A DNA stretch of 64,000 nt, from assembly GCA_026770705.1 (NCBI GenBank), contig JANJGN010000035.1, forward strand, positions 8,618,001-8,682,000, read 5' to 3'. Numbering within the stretch: position 1 is the first letter of the stretch; the number at the start of each line of letters is the position of its first letter. This DNA is from Isurus oxyrinchus. Lineage: Eukaryota. Both the position numbers and the translations under genes were made by a program. Below the pieces are notes generated by a model. That model ran no database searches. It was given only the letters and a program-made list of their open reading frames with translations, and was not told where the DNA came from. Positions 38,242-51,100 of this stretch are shown piece after piece.

Positions 38242-38759
38242 CTTGAATAAATGCAAGTAACACCATTATTAGTGCAGGCATGGTTATTCAGAAGACAAAG
38301 AGTCGCAAATTACTTCTCTAGTAAGAGGAAGCAAACTTGTAGAGGTATATTTATTAAAAGAACCAATGTGTTGAAAAAAATGCGATCATTGATTCCTCAC
38401 ATTGTGTAAAAAGATGCAATCGTTAATCCTTCCACACTGAACTTTTAGAAAACACATTGCAGTTTTCAACATTTGCAAATCTCGTCAAAACTTATGTAAG
38501 AATACTTATGGGGGCGCCGGTGCAATGCACAGACATATGAAATGATTAGCACCAAAACAAAATGTCACCATATTATCACATTAATGAAATACAGTGACAC
38601 CGGAATATTAACCAACAGAAAATTTAGATTTTAGGCTAGAGCCCGAGTGCAGCTAACATATGTAATCAACAGATTCTCTGAAATAAATAATTATATCAGC
38701 AGCTATGAAATAAAGTTATAGAATGTGGAAAAATCTTGTAAGTTACGCAAAGTTTCGTT

Positions 38760-39720
38760 CTTTATTAGGACTGGCAAGGTAATATATGAAATAGCACACA
38801 GAAGCAGAATTTCGGGTTCGGCTGAAGGCTAACATAGGAATTAAAACGTGGTACATTGCGCATATTTTTGATAGAGTCTGCAGAAATTGAAAAACTTTTA
38901 ACATTTCGAAACTGTGGCATTTAATTGGAAGGGTAAAAAGTTACTAATACCATAGGATTTGAAGAAGTGAAAAGACTGGCTGTTGGGTAGAAATCAAATG
39001 GCAAGGTCTGCGCGACAGTGGAGGGCATGAGCTATTAAAAATACAAAACGTTTTCAGGTCCAAAAGCAATGAAATATACCAGATTAATTAGCAAAACATA
39101 CTGTGGATGAAGAGTGCATGGTAGAATAGCTGTCGTCCACACGCAAGCTGTTTTGCTTAGAAAAGGCAGAAAATGACAAATCAGCAGAATACAAGCTAAT
39201 GAATGAATAGGAGGGAGAATAAGGAGGTTCAAAATTCATTGAGTTCAAAAGTGCTATGTTTCCTAGTAAAAGAATAGTTTTCAATTTCTCTTCAAATTGA
39301 GATGGAAATTAATTTGTCCAGTTCAGCAAGCTAACGTTGGAATCTCAGAATGGAAACATGGGAATTAATCAAACTGAAAAATGACTGAAAGGCGGTGCAA
39401 GACAGTGTACTTAAGAATTCTCCATTTTGCTTCTTTATCTGAAAAAAAATGTCTACAACCTGAGCAAAGAAAAGGATATATAAATTTTCAACAAAGTACT
39501 ATACAGAGGAACGTGTGCCTGGAACCTCTGGGTGCGTTAAAAGAACAAGCTCAAATGTGCTTTGTTGTAACTGCAACAGTTTGTTCTAACATAGTAAGCT
39601 TCCAGTTAATGATGAATGGAACTCGCCGTGCCTCCCTTCAACTAAGTAATAGAGTGTTATCAAATCGAGCGACTTGATGAAGGGCTCTGACCTAAATGTT
39701 AATGTTGTTCCTCCCCGGTA
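38760..39720 (-). mobile_element. Penelope-like 3' fragment with terminal-repeat pieces, degenerate
   Basis: ttcaaaattcattgagttcaaaagtg matches the reverse of the GIY-YIG ORF end. tgatgaagggctctgacctaaatgttaa near 39675 is terminal-repeat-like. Confidence 0.5.
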
Positions 39721-42644
39721 CGTACTTTTCTGCAATATCTACTTTTATTCAGAACAGAGAGTGCAGCCTGTTGAAGAGGGCTTATCCCTGATTGTGTCAA
39801 AGTACATCGTTAGGTCCGGAAATAGGAAGGCGTTGAAGTGACACAACACTTCAGAAGTGACACAAATGCAGGTTGCAAGACAATGAGCAACAGAAAAAAA
39901 ACTAAATTTCAGGAAAGTAAAAATGAGTGTACTGGGGAAAGAAAATGAGACAGTCTCCCTCGGCACTTTATCTTATGCATCTAATATGGCGTTGAAAGCT
40001 GGCTTTCTGGTGATGGGTGAGCATGAGCTTGGAGGCCACTGAAGGAAGATTGCCAAAGTGATGATGTTACTGGAAAAACTGGACTCAAATCTTTCATATA
40101 TGTTGGTGGAGTAATGGTCAATGTTGGCAGGTGTAGGTGTAATGACGCCTTAGAATGTTGGCATTCTACATCTGCTTGTTAGATTTTGGTATGTCAGCCC
40201 GCAGTGGGTTTGCCCCGACCAGCATGTTTTATGGCGATGTAAACTTTAGAAGTGAGCTAATGTAGTCTGGCAAATTCAGAAAGCGATAGGCAAAATTGAG
40301 GGTGAGAAAAAGATCCAAAAAGAGCATAATGATTGCGACGTTTGGCAATGAAAAATAATTTGCAGAGCGTAAGTATAAAGATGAGAAATCAACATAGAAA
40401 GACCGAAAGCGAAGAGGAGTAGAAAGGCCGATGAAGGTCTGGTGAAATTCCTGTCCAAGTTAGAGGATTCTGCAGGTAACGCGCAGAAAGAAGATATCAA
40501 CATCATGCCAATTTTAATGTCAGTGGGTATTAAACAGATGTAGCTGAAGGAATTGTTCAGGACTGAGCATTCGGAGTCAGAGAGAGGAAAATTAGCGTTA
40601 TCGCAATTTCACATTTGAAGGGAGAGATTAGACTCAAGGCTAATTACAAATCAAATTCGCAGTTTGACGGATCCAGTTTGGTGTTACTGTCCACGATTTA
40701 TTTAACGCTGCTGAGCCTCATATTTTCAAAGCATTTCATGGTTCTAATGCAGGATGAGGCAATTAATGAAATTGAAGTTAGAACTGTGAAGGATTTGAGA
40801 GGTTGACGGATGGTGGTGCTTCAAAGATAGCCCGATACTGGTGCATGGCTTTGTGTGTGTGAATTTCAGGATGAAGAGAGAATAGTGTTCCGACGAATGC
40901 ATAGAATTTAGCTGGAATCACTGTTGTAAGTGCAACGCGAAGGCTGAACATTTAAAGATCGTTATTTCTGCTGCAAGCATATTTTTGTTTCATATATATA
41001 TACACGACGTTACTTATATTTTTATACCTCCCTTAATTTTAGTTATAAAACACGTGTCCTATTGTAACATTTCCTTAGCTATATTTCCGTTATTCGTGGC
41101 TTAACATATATTTGATACCAAAAAGGCCAAAGTTCCCCAGGCTTCCCAAGCCGCTTCAATAATGACGAAGCAACTGCTTAATTTAGGTTATTTCTTAAAA
41201 TCGATACATTGGAAAATAAAACACAAATTTGTGGCAAACACTGTCATATTTCTAATTGTCTTGACGGTGCCTTTCTTATTGATTAACATAACATTGTTCC
41301 TTGGTGCCACTTCAGCCGTATGTAATGTATTTTACCCCCGCAGCCTTGTGTTGTGGCAACTGCTTCACTGATTCTGATGTCAACTAAACCATAAACGGAT
41401 TTCCTAAAATAAAATGCGATTTCTGAATGATTATGCTGTCAATTAGGTTGCCATTCCTAACCACCACAGGATCTATCCCCCCAACATCCCCCACCACCAG
41501 CCCGCCCCACCCAACTCACACCCCCACCCCTTGTCTATCAGTTCTCCAATTATTGTAATTTCTGACTTTAGGTCGAGCCGAATTAAGGTGCACCCCATAC
41601 CAGCAGCAAAAAACTGTTTCTTTTCCCAGCGATCTTTGCAGTTTTGCAGGGAGTTGCAGCAATGCTTCCTACATCCTTCTTGCAGCCACTTTCCAAACTA
41701 TTTCCCTGTTTGCCCAACCCCTCCCTGCACCCCCCATGTTTGTTAGGTAAATAACACTGCTGATGTAGCATCTTTATTGTAACTGATGTCTAGATATGGA
41801 ATGCCCCACTGTATTGCAATCAAAATAGTGTCGCCCATCCCACCACCCCCCCCCCCCACCCCCCCATATCACACCGTCCGCCATGCCACTGCTCTTTAAG
41901 TTGAGCATGAAACAAATTATTCCCATGAAATTCGAATTTCCTTTCAGTCACATTAAGATATTGTCAACGCATATCGAAGATGCAGCACTCGGGTCTATTG
42001 ACTGTGACGAAAGACAATGATATATTAGACTCTAATTACTTTTTCCTTGCAAAGGCTACATCTCTGTTCTGCCCTTTTCAACTTTAAAAGCCGAACGTTA
42101 CATTTTGCAGCCCCATTGATCAAAATTATTGTTTTCCTCCTCACAGCGCTTCTGATTATTTTGTTTTATTTTACACCAATTGCATTTCACTTCTACTTTA
42201 GAGCAATTTTGTCGAAACAGTCAATGATCATTGGCTAATCCCCGCTAACCTGCTGTCTCAGAGTCACGTTCCCACGTTCCTGAACATTGGCTTTAGCTTG
42301 AAGTGTGACTGCAATTTGAAAAAGAAATGTATTAAAATTCTTTCCGCTCGTGAATGTAAATGACTAACAGAGCACGGCGCAACAAACAGAAATCTTTAAA
42401 ATGAAATCAGCTGCAGTTCCATCAATTTTGGTGTACCTGACTTGCCATGCAGAACACTGAAAAACACATTTCTGACAAAAGAAAAACTCTTCCATTACAC
42501 GGAGTTTCGAATTGTTGAATCATCTTACATCACTGCCCTATTGTTACTGGAAATGTTCCTCTAGAAGAGGATTTTTTTTTCTTAGCATGCCAGAGAAACA
42601 ATTACTTATCTATCTATCAATCTATCTATTTGTGCGGAATTTTC

Positions 42645-45600
42645 CCTGCACTACTAATCCAGAGACACAGGGTAATGCTATGTGATCCAGGATCATTACC
42701 CGCCCGACAGATGGTCAAAATTGAATTCAATTAATACCGGGAATAAAAACGCTAATGATGACTATGGAAACTTTGTCGGTTTTTATAAACACCCATATCG
42801 TTCATGGTTTCCCTTTAGGAATTAAATCTCCTTTACCTGACAGGCATACATTTTACTCAAGCCCAGTACCCACAGCAATGTCGTTGAGTCTTAAATTGTG
42901 GTTGAACTGGCGTAGCAAGGCAAGTATGTTTTACCAATCAGCTACACATCATTCAGTAAAGGAATGGATAAGGACAGATCATACAGCACAGGCACAGGAA
43001 GTGGAAATGGCAAATTTTGCCCTGTCTGCCATGCAGAGTTCTCCACCGTTATATCTGGGGCTGGAGCTAAAATTGGGGCAGAGTAGTCAAGTAACAGCTT
43101 TGCACAGTCATCCTCATGTTATCATGACTTACATTTAATATCACAGTCACCACAACGATCATCCCTGATCACTCCTGTTCCACCTGCAGTGGTGGCAGAA
43201 CAATGCCAAGCATTCGGGAGGCAGGTACTAGGGGATTCTACAACATCTACTGCGGCTGCATGATGTCTCATAATTTCAGGTGAAAGAATGGCAAGGAAAA
43301 TTTCTGCTGAATTATACTTAGCAACCATAACCATCTGCAAACCCACCCAAACTCCGCCACCTCAGCTGACAAAACACTGCTCCTCCATGTTGAACAATGC
43401 TTGGAAGAACCACTGTGGGTCAAAAGGGTGTTTTATTTACTCTGTCGGGGTGAGATGAACGTGCATCAACAAGCGTGGGTCGGTAGCAAAACTTCTGACC
43501 GAGCTGGCCGAGCAGTAAAGGACAGAACTAATAGCATCTTTCTTCACAGGTGGTGACGACACAAGAGCGAAAAAAAGAAACTTGCCTCACTGTCACAAAC
43601 CTGCCTGTCACAGATAACTCTGTCCATGACTTTATTGGTAAGAGTAACTGCTTATGGCCATTGTGGATTCAATTTCCTGCCTTCATTTTGAGGATACTCT
43701 CCAGAGTGTTGTGTTGCGCTTTCATTGTGCAAAATGATACAGCTTTCAAACAGGTCTAGAGACGCGAGTCTGTGCACCTCTGAGCGGTGTGGGTCATCAG
43801 CAACTGCAGAATTGTATTCGAAGACAATGAAGAGTACAGGAGGTCATAACAGGAGTAGCAGTACAATATCCAAATGTGATGTGTCAACCTGGTGAAGCTA
43901 TAATGCAGGATTACTTGCGCGCAAACAAAATAAACAGCAAGTGATAGACAGTGCTAATCGCCCCAACAGCCAAAGGATTCTATCGAAACTCTAGTCCTGA
44001 ATCATGGCGGGCAACATCCGGCAACGAACAGGAGCAACCTCTATGATGGGAGATTCCAGATCATCAGTGCAAAACAAAAGGCTAAAGCATCTACTACAAC
44101 TTTCAACCTAAAGTTGAGTATATGATCAAACTGATCTTTCTCCAGAGCGTAAGAAGCCAGCATTCAACCAATTCGATTCACTCCACGTGATATCAAGCAA
44201 CAACATTGGATAATTCAAAGGCTTTGGATCCTCACAATCCCTCGGCAATATAAATCAAGACGTGTGATCCAGAGCTGTTCCAGAATGGCAACAAAATTGG
44301 CATCCATCCAGCTATATGGAAAATTGTCCAGGAAAAGCCCGTACGCAAAAAGCAGGATCAACCCAATCTGGCCAAGCATTTAACGCTCAAAGATTAGTAG
44401 TTAATGGAAGGGTTCACCAACAGTGCTATCAAGCGGCACTTGATGAGCAAAAACCTGCTCAATGATGCTCTGTTTGGATTCTGCCAAGGCCGCTTAGCCT
44501 CCGGGCTCTTTACAGCTTTGGTTAAAAATGGGCAAAAGAGCTGATCTCTCGAGGTGGGATATGAATAAATGCCAGTGACATCAAGGCATTCTGTGACCGC
44601 GTTTGGCATCTAGGATCCCTAGAGAAACCTGAGTCAATGGGAAACCAGTAAAAATTGACTGGGTGGAATCAAACCAAGCACCAAGGAAGATGCTTCCTGT
44701 TGTTGGAGGGCAGCCACCTCGTCTCAACGAGATCTCTACTGGAGTATGTCAGGGATGATAACTTGGCCCTACTATTTTCAGCTGCTTCATTAATGACGTT
44801 CCTTCAATCAGAAGTGCGGTAGTCCCCTTATGGTTGCATAATGTTCAGCACCATTCTTGCCTCCTCACATGCTGAAGCATCAATATCCAAACGTGGCATG
44901 ACCTGAGCAATATCCAGGCTTGCGCTGAGAAATGGCAAGTAACATTCCAGCTGCCCAAATGCGAGGCACAGAACATCTCCAACAAGTTACAATCTAAACA
45001 TCGCCCCTTCAAGTTCAAAGGCATTACTACCACTATCTCCCCTATTATCACCCTCCTGAGGGTTACCACTAACCTGAAACTGACCTCGCCTATCCAGGTA
45101 TTTTCCTTGGACATAAAAACTGGACAGAGGCTAGGAATCCTGCAACGAATAACTCAACTCCTGACTCCGAAATATTTGCCACTATATACAAGTCTCAGGT
45201 CAAGAGTGCGATGGAATTTGCCGCAACTGACTGGATGAGTGCCTCTCCCACAGCACTCAAGAAGTGGACCACCGCCCAGAGCAAAGAACCACGATTGACT
45301 GGCAGCACAACCAAACACACTCACTCACTGCAGCACTGACAGCAGAGAAGTAGCATTCTCTACCATCTTCAAGTTGCACTGCAGGATTTCACCAAGGCTC
45401 CTTCAACAGAACCTTCTAAAGCCACGATAACTACTATCATGAAGAATAGTGGAAGCAGACACGTGTGAATGCCATCATTTAGAAGATCACCTCCTAGGCA
45501 CTGACTGCACTATCTTTGAAATATATTGCCATTCCTTCACTGTCGCTGCGTTAATATCCTGGAACTCCCTTCAGGTTTTTACTGTGGGTATAGCTAGACA

Positions 45601-45720
45601 ACAAGTACAGCAGCGTTTGAAGATGGGAGATCCCCATCACCAGTTAAATGCACCTAGGGATGGGCAAATGAACTGGCCCACCCACCGAACCAAACATACC
45701 ATGAATGAATACATCAATAA
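42645..45720 (+). mobile_element. Near full-length L2/Crack-like LINE (AP endonuclease plus RT), degenerate, with SINE-like 5' head
   Basis: Endonuclease-like pieces from ~43050 (IWGWS/LGQSSQ, HPHVIMTY). RT pieces: NLLNDALFGFCQG, DIKAFCDRVWHL, LGPTIFSCFIND, NIQACAEKWQVTF, YKSQVKSAMEF. The 3' tail is gatgggcaaatgaactggccc...atgaatgaat. Confidence 0.85.
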
Positions 45721-47849
45721 TTATCAGCCTGACTATCTCTGCCATGTTTGGCTCATGCCGCAGACGCACTTGGCCGTGGCTAGAGGACTGATTTAGCTGT
45801 TGTTTTTTACTCTCCCCAAGCAGATGTTCCTTCCAGTTTAATTGCTTTTTAATGCAATTGAGTTGAGTCAGATTGCTGAGACTGACAGTTATGTGTTAAC
45901 AGCGCATTGAGACAATGCAGCATTTTTGCAAAATTCAGTTCGTTTTATTATCATATCTAGTTTGCACGGCAATTTACAGATAATCGTGAAACTGAAAACT
46001 GCATAGGAATATAAAATAATAACATACAATGGTTGGGAGCATAATGTCCCTAGCATCACCTCACCATCATCAGCATTAGCAATAATGACAGCTTCCTTTT
46101 GAAATACATAAACACATGATGAGTTGGAAGAAGAATGAAAAAGGCACTAATTACATCTTCTATTCGGTTCTTTTGAATCGTCGAAAGATAATCATAGAAC
46201 AATCCGATAAGGGGCTGTACCTCTGACAGCCCCGTTTTTGAAGCAGACTTTAAACAGGAATTGATGTGAAGAAGTCAATTATCCGTTATGTTGAATATTT
46301 CATTGCACTGACTTGAAGGGATCTTCGAGTGCATAAGGGTGAATATGGGAGGCTATTTCTTGATTAATTAGCGGCCAGCTCACTAACTTATGGCACATGC
46401 CGCAGCTGGGCTTGGCCGTGTCATCACATGTGACTTTGCATTTGACGTTTCTGTTGCCAAGTTTGATGTTTTTCTTTCCAGTTTCATTCCTTAGAGATGC
46501 AACACTCTGGAGTCACATTTCACATGTCGGCAGGTGAAGTAAGCCGATGAACCACAGGGGCCTTACCAAAAAATTCGATTCATGGTGATCATCAGATTCT
46601 TTTCCATTCCAGAAACATATTGAATTGACAATTTTACCCACTGCCGTGTTGAAACTCGAGACCAGTCAACTGCACGCTACCTGAGTGTCTGGATTACCAG
46701 CCCAGTGTCGATGCGAATACGACACCACCCCCCACACCACCACGACCACACCGCCCCACCACCCCCTCTCCAGTCCCCGCCACCCAATTTTTGACCATGA
46801 TACCATCAAAGATGAGAATCTTCTGGAAAAAAGGAGCCAGTAAAACGGAAAACACAGTTTTAAATTTGCAAATAAACTACTGTCGTGAGAGAAGGATTGT
46901 AATGTGATTACAATGTAATTAGTATTATTTTGAAAAGTAAGGGGGGAAAGAACAGGACTTTTGGGGGCCAAAGTAATAATCAGCTGCTGTGGAGTGTCTT
47001 GCTTGGAGAAATCGCACAAGGAAGTCTGAGGGTGATTGGTAGAACAGGTAACTGGACGTTTTAGCGAAGCATGGCACGAATGTTTACCATGTTGGAGACC
47101 AACGAGTAACGTATTAAAACAATGGTGCAAATTGGCCAGGAAAACGGTACTGACACATGAGAAGGGAGGGATGTTTTCATTTTGCCATATCGTTCACGCA
47201 GACAGTAGCTTTATTTAGTTTGGTGGTGCCTGCTAAGTAATGCTTGATCCATGTAGCATTTGATTTGCTATTTGCAAGAACACCCATATTGCGTTAAATC
47301 CATCCTTCGTTAATAATCGCCAGCTGATGGGGACGTCATCTCTATAAAGACATTTGATTCTACGGGCACTACAATTTCAAAATGGGTGCACGTGAATAAA
47401 ACACATATCAGAATCGTGCCGGGTCAGTATGAAAATGAAAAAGTGCATCCAGAGCCTTGCAGGTAGATGACAGCATTGGCGTTGTACTGAGATAATTGTT
47501 CCTGTTTGTGGATTTTAGATTGCTTAAGAAACAAACTTAGATTGCACGGCAACTTACGTTTAATACTGCTCTCGGCAACTTTGCATACGGTTAAAAAATA
47601 ATTACTCACTTCTTAGGACAATAGGGGCCCTCGCTTAATCTCAAGGTATTGGTAATATGTAAACGAAAACATCGTTCTGAACTGCATTAACATATAATAA
47701 AAACAGAGAAGAATACAAACGGCACCAGTAAAAATCTTAATTCAGTTATATTGAATAGTCGAAGGAGAAGCTTGGAAGCATTGCATAAGGTTGCAATGCT
47801 TGCGATAACACAGTTTTGGAAGCTGACTTAAAAATGAAGCTGAACTTAC

Positions 47850-47901
47850 CATTGCCAGTTATATATACATTGAATATTTAATTACAGTGTCTTGTAGGGG
47901 C
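47850..47901 (-). pseudogene. Short linker exon remnant of the NLR N-terminal module
   Basis: tttcag|GCCCCTACAAGACACTG...CAATG|gtaagt. Strong splice signals ~70 nt after the CARD-like exon; contains a stop. Confidence 0.5.
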
Positions 47902-47970
47902 CTGAAATCCATGCTACCACAAAAATTGTTCACTTGTTGAGTTAATGTTCGGATGCTACCTACCGTCTAC

Positions 47971-48148
47971 CTCTGCTGTTCTATCAAGTATTTCGGACAG
48001 AATAACTTTCAGCTTTCGTTTGTGTTCTGCAGTTCCAATAATATTCTCCAGAATGTTCGTTCTCCCACAGCTCCCTTTTCTTTCTGGGTTTTAAACAAGA
48101 GGTGGCAAGCCTCCTTTTTTTGTGACAGTCAGCTAGGTTTCTGCTTTT
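47971..48148 (-). pseudogene. NLR N-terminal CARD-like module, second-half exon (two frameshifts)
   Basis: ctctcag|KSRNLADCHKK/EACHLLFKTQKEKGAVGERTFWRILLELQNT/RKLKVILSEILDR. This matches the remembered chondrichthyan NLR N-terminus pattern K..ELAEKG...SSKLLL.LVMEKG..ARR..W.......PKL.KILKEI. Confidence 0.7.
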
Positions 48149-48221
48149 CTGAGAGCAGAAGATATCCCATTCGCAATTAGAAAATAATGCACAGATCAAC
48201 ATGGAACATACTGGTGATCTC

Positions 48222-48335
48222 CGTCTCTCTCTCTCACACTTTCTCTCTCTCTCAGAAACATATTGTCTCTCTCTCGCTCTCGCTCGTTGTCACTCTCTCT
48301 CTCTCTCTCTCTCTCTAGTTCGCTATCTTCTCTCT
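48222..48335. repeat. Interrupted (CT)n microsatellite
   Basis: Seen directly. Confidence 0.9.
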
Positions 48336-49869
48336 AATTTATGGAGAAATAATACAACAAAAAACATTAATCATAGAGGGAGAACAGCCCAATCAAAACG
48401 TTATGTTTCAGAAGCGCCTTAATGGAGAAAAGAGTCATGTAGAGGCAATTCAGACCTAAACTACGTGTCTAGGGGCTGAAGGTTCGTTAGCCAATCGTGG
48501 CTGATGATTTTTGAAGTGACACATAATATCAAAAACCAGTAGCATTATTTGTTATAACCAATAAAATCATGACATGACAACAACTCTTTTTCAGAAATTG
48601 AAATTGCACAGGTAAAATTCATATCGATCTGGGTGAAATCAGTGATCGCTTTAAGGGTGCAGTGAGTTAATATGGACGCCATTGCTCGTTTATCAAGCCA
48701 TCGAACTTCGTTACATCGTGCAAAATGAATGTGCAATGCTTTCCAAGTTTCAAAACATTTCGAGGATATATTCATGATATCCAATTATTCCATACTGCAT
48801 ACTATACACGAGCCCCAGACCCCCACCTCTAAATACAATTGCCTTTCGAAATATGTTTTGACTTTTTCTTAATAGAATGTGGCACTTTATTCCAATTCAT
48901 TCGTCTCTTATTGATTCATTTCATTTTTTAATGTGAAAATATTGTTGATCCTGTGCGTTACCATTTCAATCAATCAGTTAGTTTTGTTTGCTTCCAAGTA
49001 ATTAATGCCATTTAAACCTTCCATGTTTAATGATGTCATTACTTTACCGCATATCTTTCTATAATTCATATGAACCCTAATGCTAGCATTTTCCCCAAAT
49101 AAATATTGTCGAATCCAATTGCATTTGTTTTCTTTTATTATTCCTGACAAAAATGCAAAATAGGCCTTCCTTGTTGCCCTCAAACCAGAACGAATGCTTC
49201 CCTCCGAAGCTGTATCGTGACAGATTGCAAAAAGTGATTTAACTGCGATTTTCCTCAGCGATTTGGCCTCTGGGAATCGAGGATGCTTTCCTATAATTAT
49301 TTGTTACCATCTTGTAGATTTGGTTTAGTGTCCAATATCACTGGGTGAAAAAATATATCAAATTAGGCCACACTTTATAAAACTTACACAACATTGGGTT
49401 ATCGGAGTAATTCAAAAGCATTCACCAGTTAACGTAATGCTAATACCTCCCTTATATAAAAACAAAGGGTAACAAAGTTATGTGATGATGCTGCGATGGC
49501 AGACACTTATGTGCTAATCCAGAACCCTTCAATTCTGGAAATCTGTTCTTTTTTTCTCAAATACTCTCTCGATAACCAGGAAGTATTGGAAATGGAAAAT
49601 TCTGGAAATATATAAATATAGACATGGCAAAAGGGCAATGAGATTAAGGATCAATGCAGAAGTACAATAGGTGAAAACAGCGCCAAACGGTCGACCTTTT
49701 TTAAGGGAGCACAAGAGGAGATCGTGGATCTGGCCTCTGTTGCAGCAATCCCGGTTATTGAAAATGAACTGTTAGCATTTCCATGGTTACCAAACGGAGA
49801 ACCTTGATTAAACCATGCCATTGGCCTTGAGAGTTATAGGTGCGTGCTCAATTGCCAAAATAACAAGCC

Positions 49870-50030
49870 ATATGTAGCTCAGGATTTTTATTTAAAGGCT
49901 AAATGTCCTAGAAAGGTGAAAATGTTGTTCTTGGCAGGAGATGGACATTTTCCATCAGATAGCATAGTAGTTTCAATGTTCCACTTGAAGACTGCATTGG
50001 CGAGTATATTTCTCAATGCACAGCTGCCTG
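49870..50030 (-). pseudogene. Degenerate copy of the second-half CARD-like exon
   Basis: tctccag|...QSSSGTLKLLCYLMENV...KNPEL, with stops. Confidence 0.4.
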
Positions 50031-50123
50031 CTGGAGACAAATTACATAAGTTCCACGACATCACACATGCAACTCCTCCGTGTAATATCATAGGTTAAGC
50101 ATCTTCATTGCTTACCAAAAACA

Positions 50124-50350
50124 GAATTACCTGGAAAAACTCAGGAGGTCTGGCAGCATTGGCGGAGAAGGAAAGAGTTGACATTTCGAGTCCTCATGAC
50201 CCTTCAGCAGAACTCGTTGTGTTGAAGGGTCATGAGGACTCGAAATTTCAACTCTTTTTTTCTCCGCCAATGCTGCCAGACCTCCTGAGTTTTTCGTGGT
50301 AATTCACTTTTTATTTTTGATTTCCAGCATCCGCAGTTTTTTTGTTTTTA
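50124..50350. repeat. Inverted pair of Penelope terminal repeats forming a hairpin
   Basis: 50124-50209 and 50220-50305 are nearly perfect reverse complements and match the tail of the 20.4-22.0 kb element. Confidence 0.92.
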
Positions 50351-50369
50351 TTTCAGCTGCTTAAAACAT

Positions 50370-51100
50370 GACTTTCTTCCATCATATATCAGAAGTGAGG
50401 GTGTTCAAAGATCATTGCACAATTTTAAACACCAGTCGTGACTCCTCAGATAATTGAGCAGTCAATGGCCAAAAGCAGGAAGAATTTTACAAAATCCGGG
50501 CTTGAGCAGAAACATAGCAGGCAACATTTGTGCCACATAATTGCCCGACAATCACAATCTCGAGCAACAGAGGATCTATCTATTGCCGTTTGATGTTCAA
50601 AGTAATTTCTAACACTTAAACACCCAAACACAATAATCTGCGATTTGCGATTGACCAGATACTGAACTGGACTAGACATAAAAAACATTGTGGCTAAAAG
50701 GGCAATTCCAAAGTCTCTGAACCCCGCAGCGATTAGCTCAACAGCTGAATCCTCAAAGCCTGCCTACATGAGTTTGGAGGAATACTCTCCACTTGCCAGG
50801 ATGACTAGTTTCCAACTACACTCAGGTAGGTTAATATAATCCAGCTCAAGAAGCTCAATTCATTGGCATTGCATCCACAAATATTCACTCAATCTAACAA
50901 AGCTTTTCCATTGCAGCAGTGTGTACTGGCGTAGACATGATGCACTATTAGGTACAACACAATTAATCATCTTAGACAGTGTCTCGCAGGCACAAGTGCA
51001 CTCTGAAATTACCTAGCAAGTCAAACAATCATCAAGGAAAAGTAGGATGGACAAGAAGTGCTGGCCTAGACAGTGGACCACCTATTTCATGAAGAATTAA
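50370..51100 (+). mobile_element. L2/Crack-like LINE 3' fragment
   Basis: Homologous to 44800-45720; ends taggatggacaagaagtgctggcc. Confidence 0.7.

Noticed and set aside
36836-38281. Calling the 481-aa ORF a complete single-exon gene, or naming it NLRP3/NLRC3
   Set aside because: It is an internal NACHT exon cut by a premature stop, and homology continues in frame past the stop. Orthology cannot be assigned without a phylogeny.
50124-50305. miRNA precursor or independent ncRNA gene
   Set aside because: The arms are explained by Penelope terminal-repeat sequence also seen at ~21.9-22.0 kb; there is no expression evidence.
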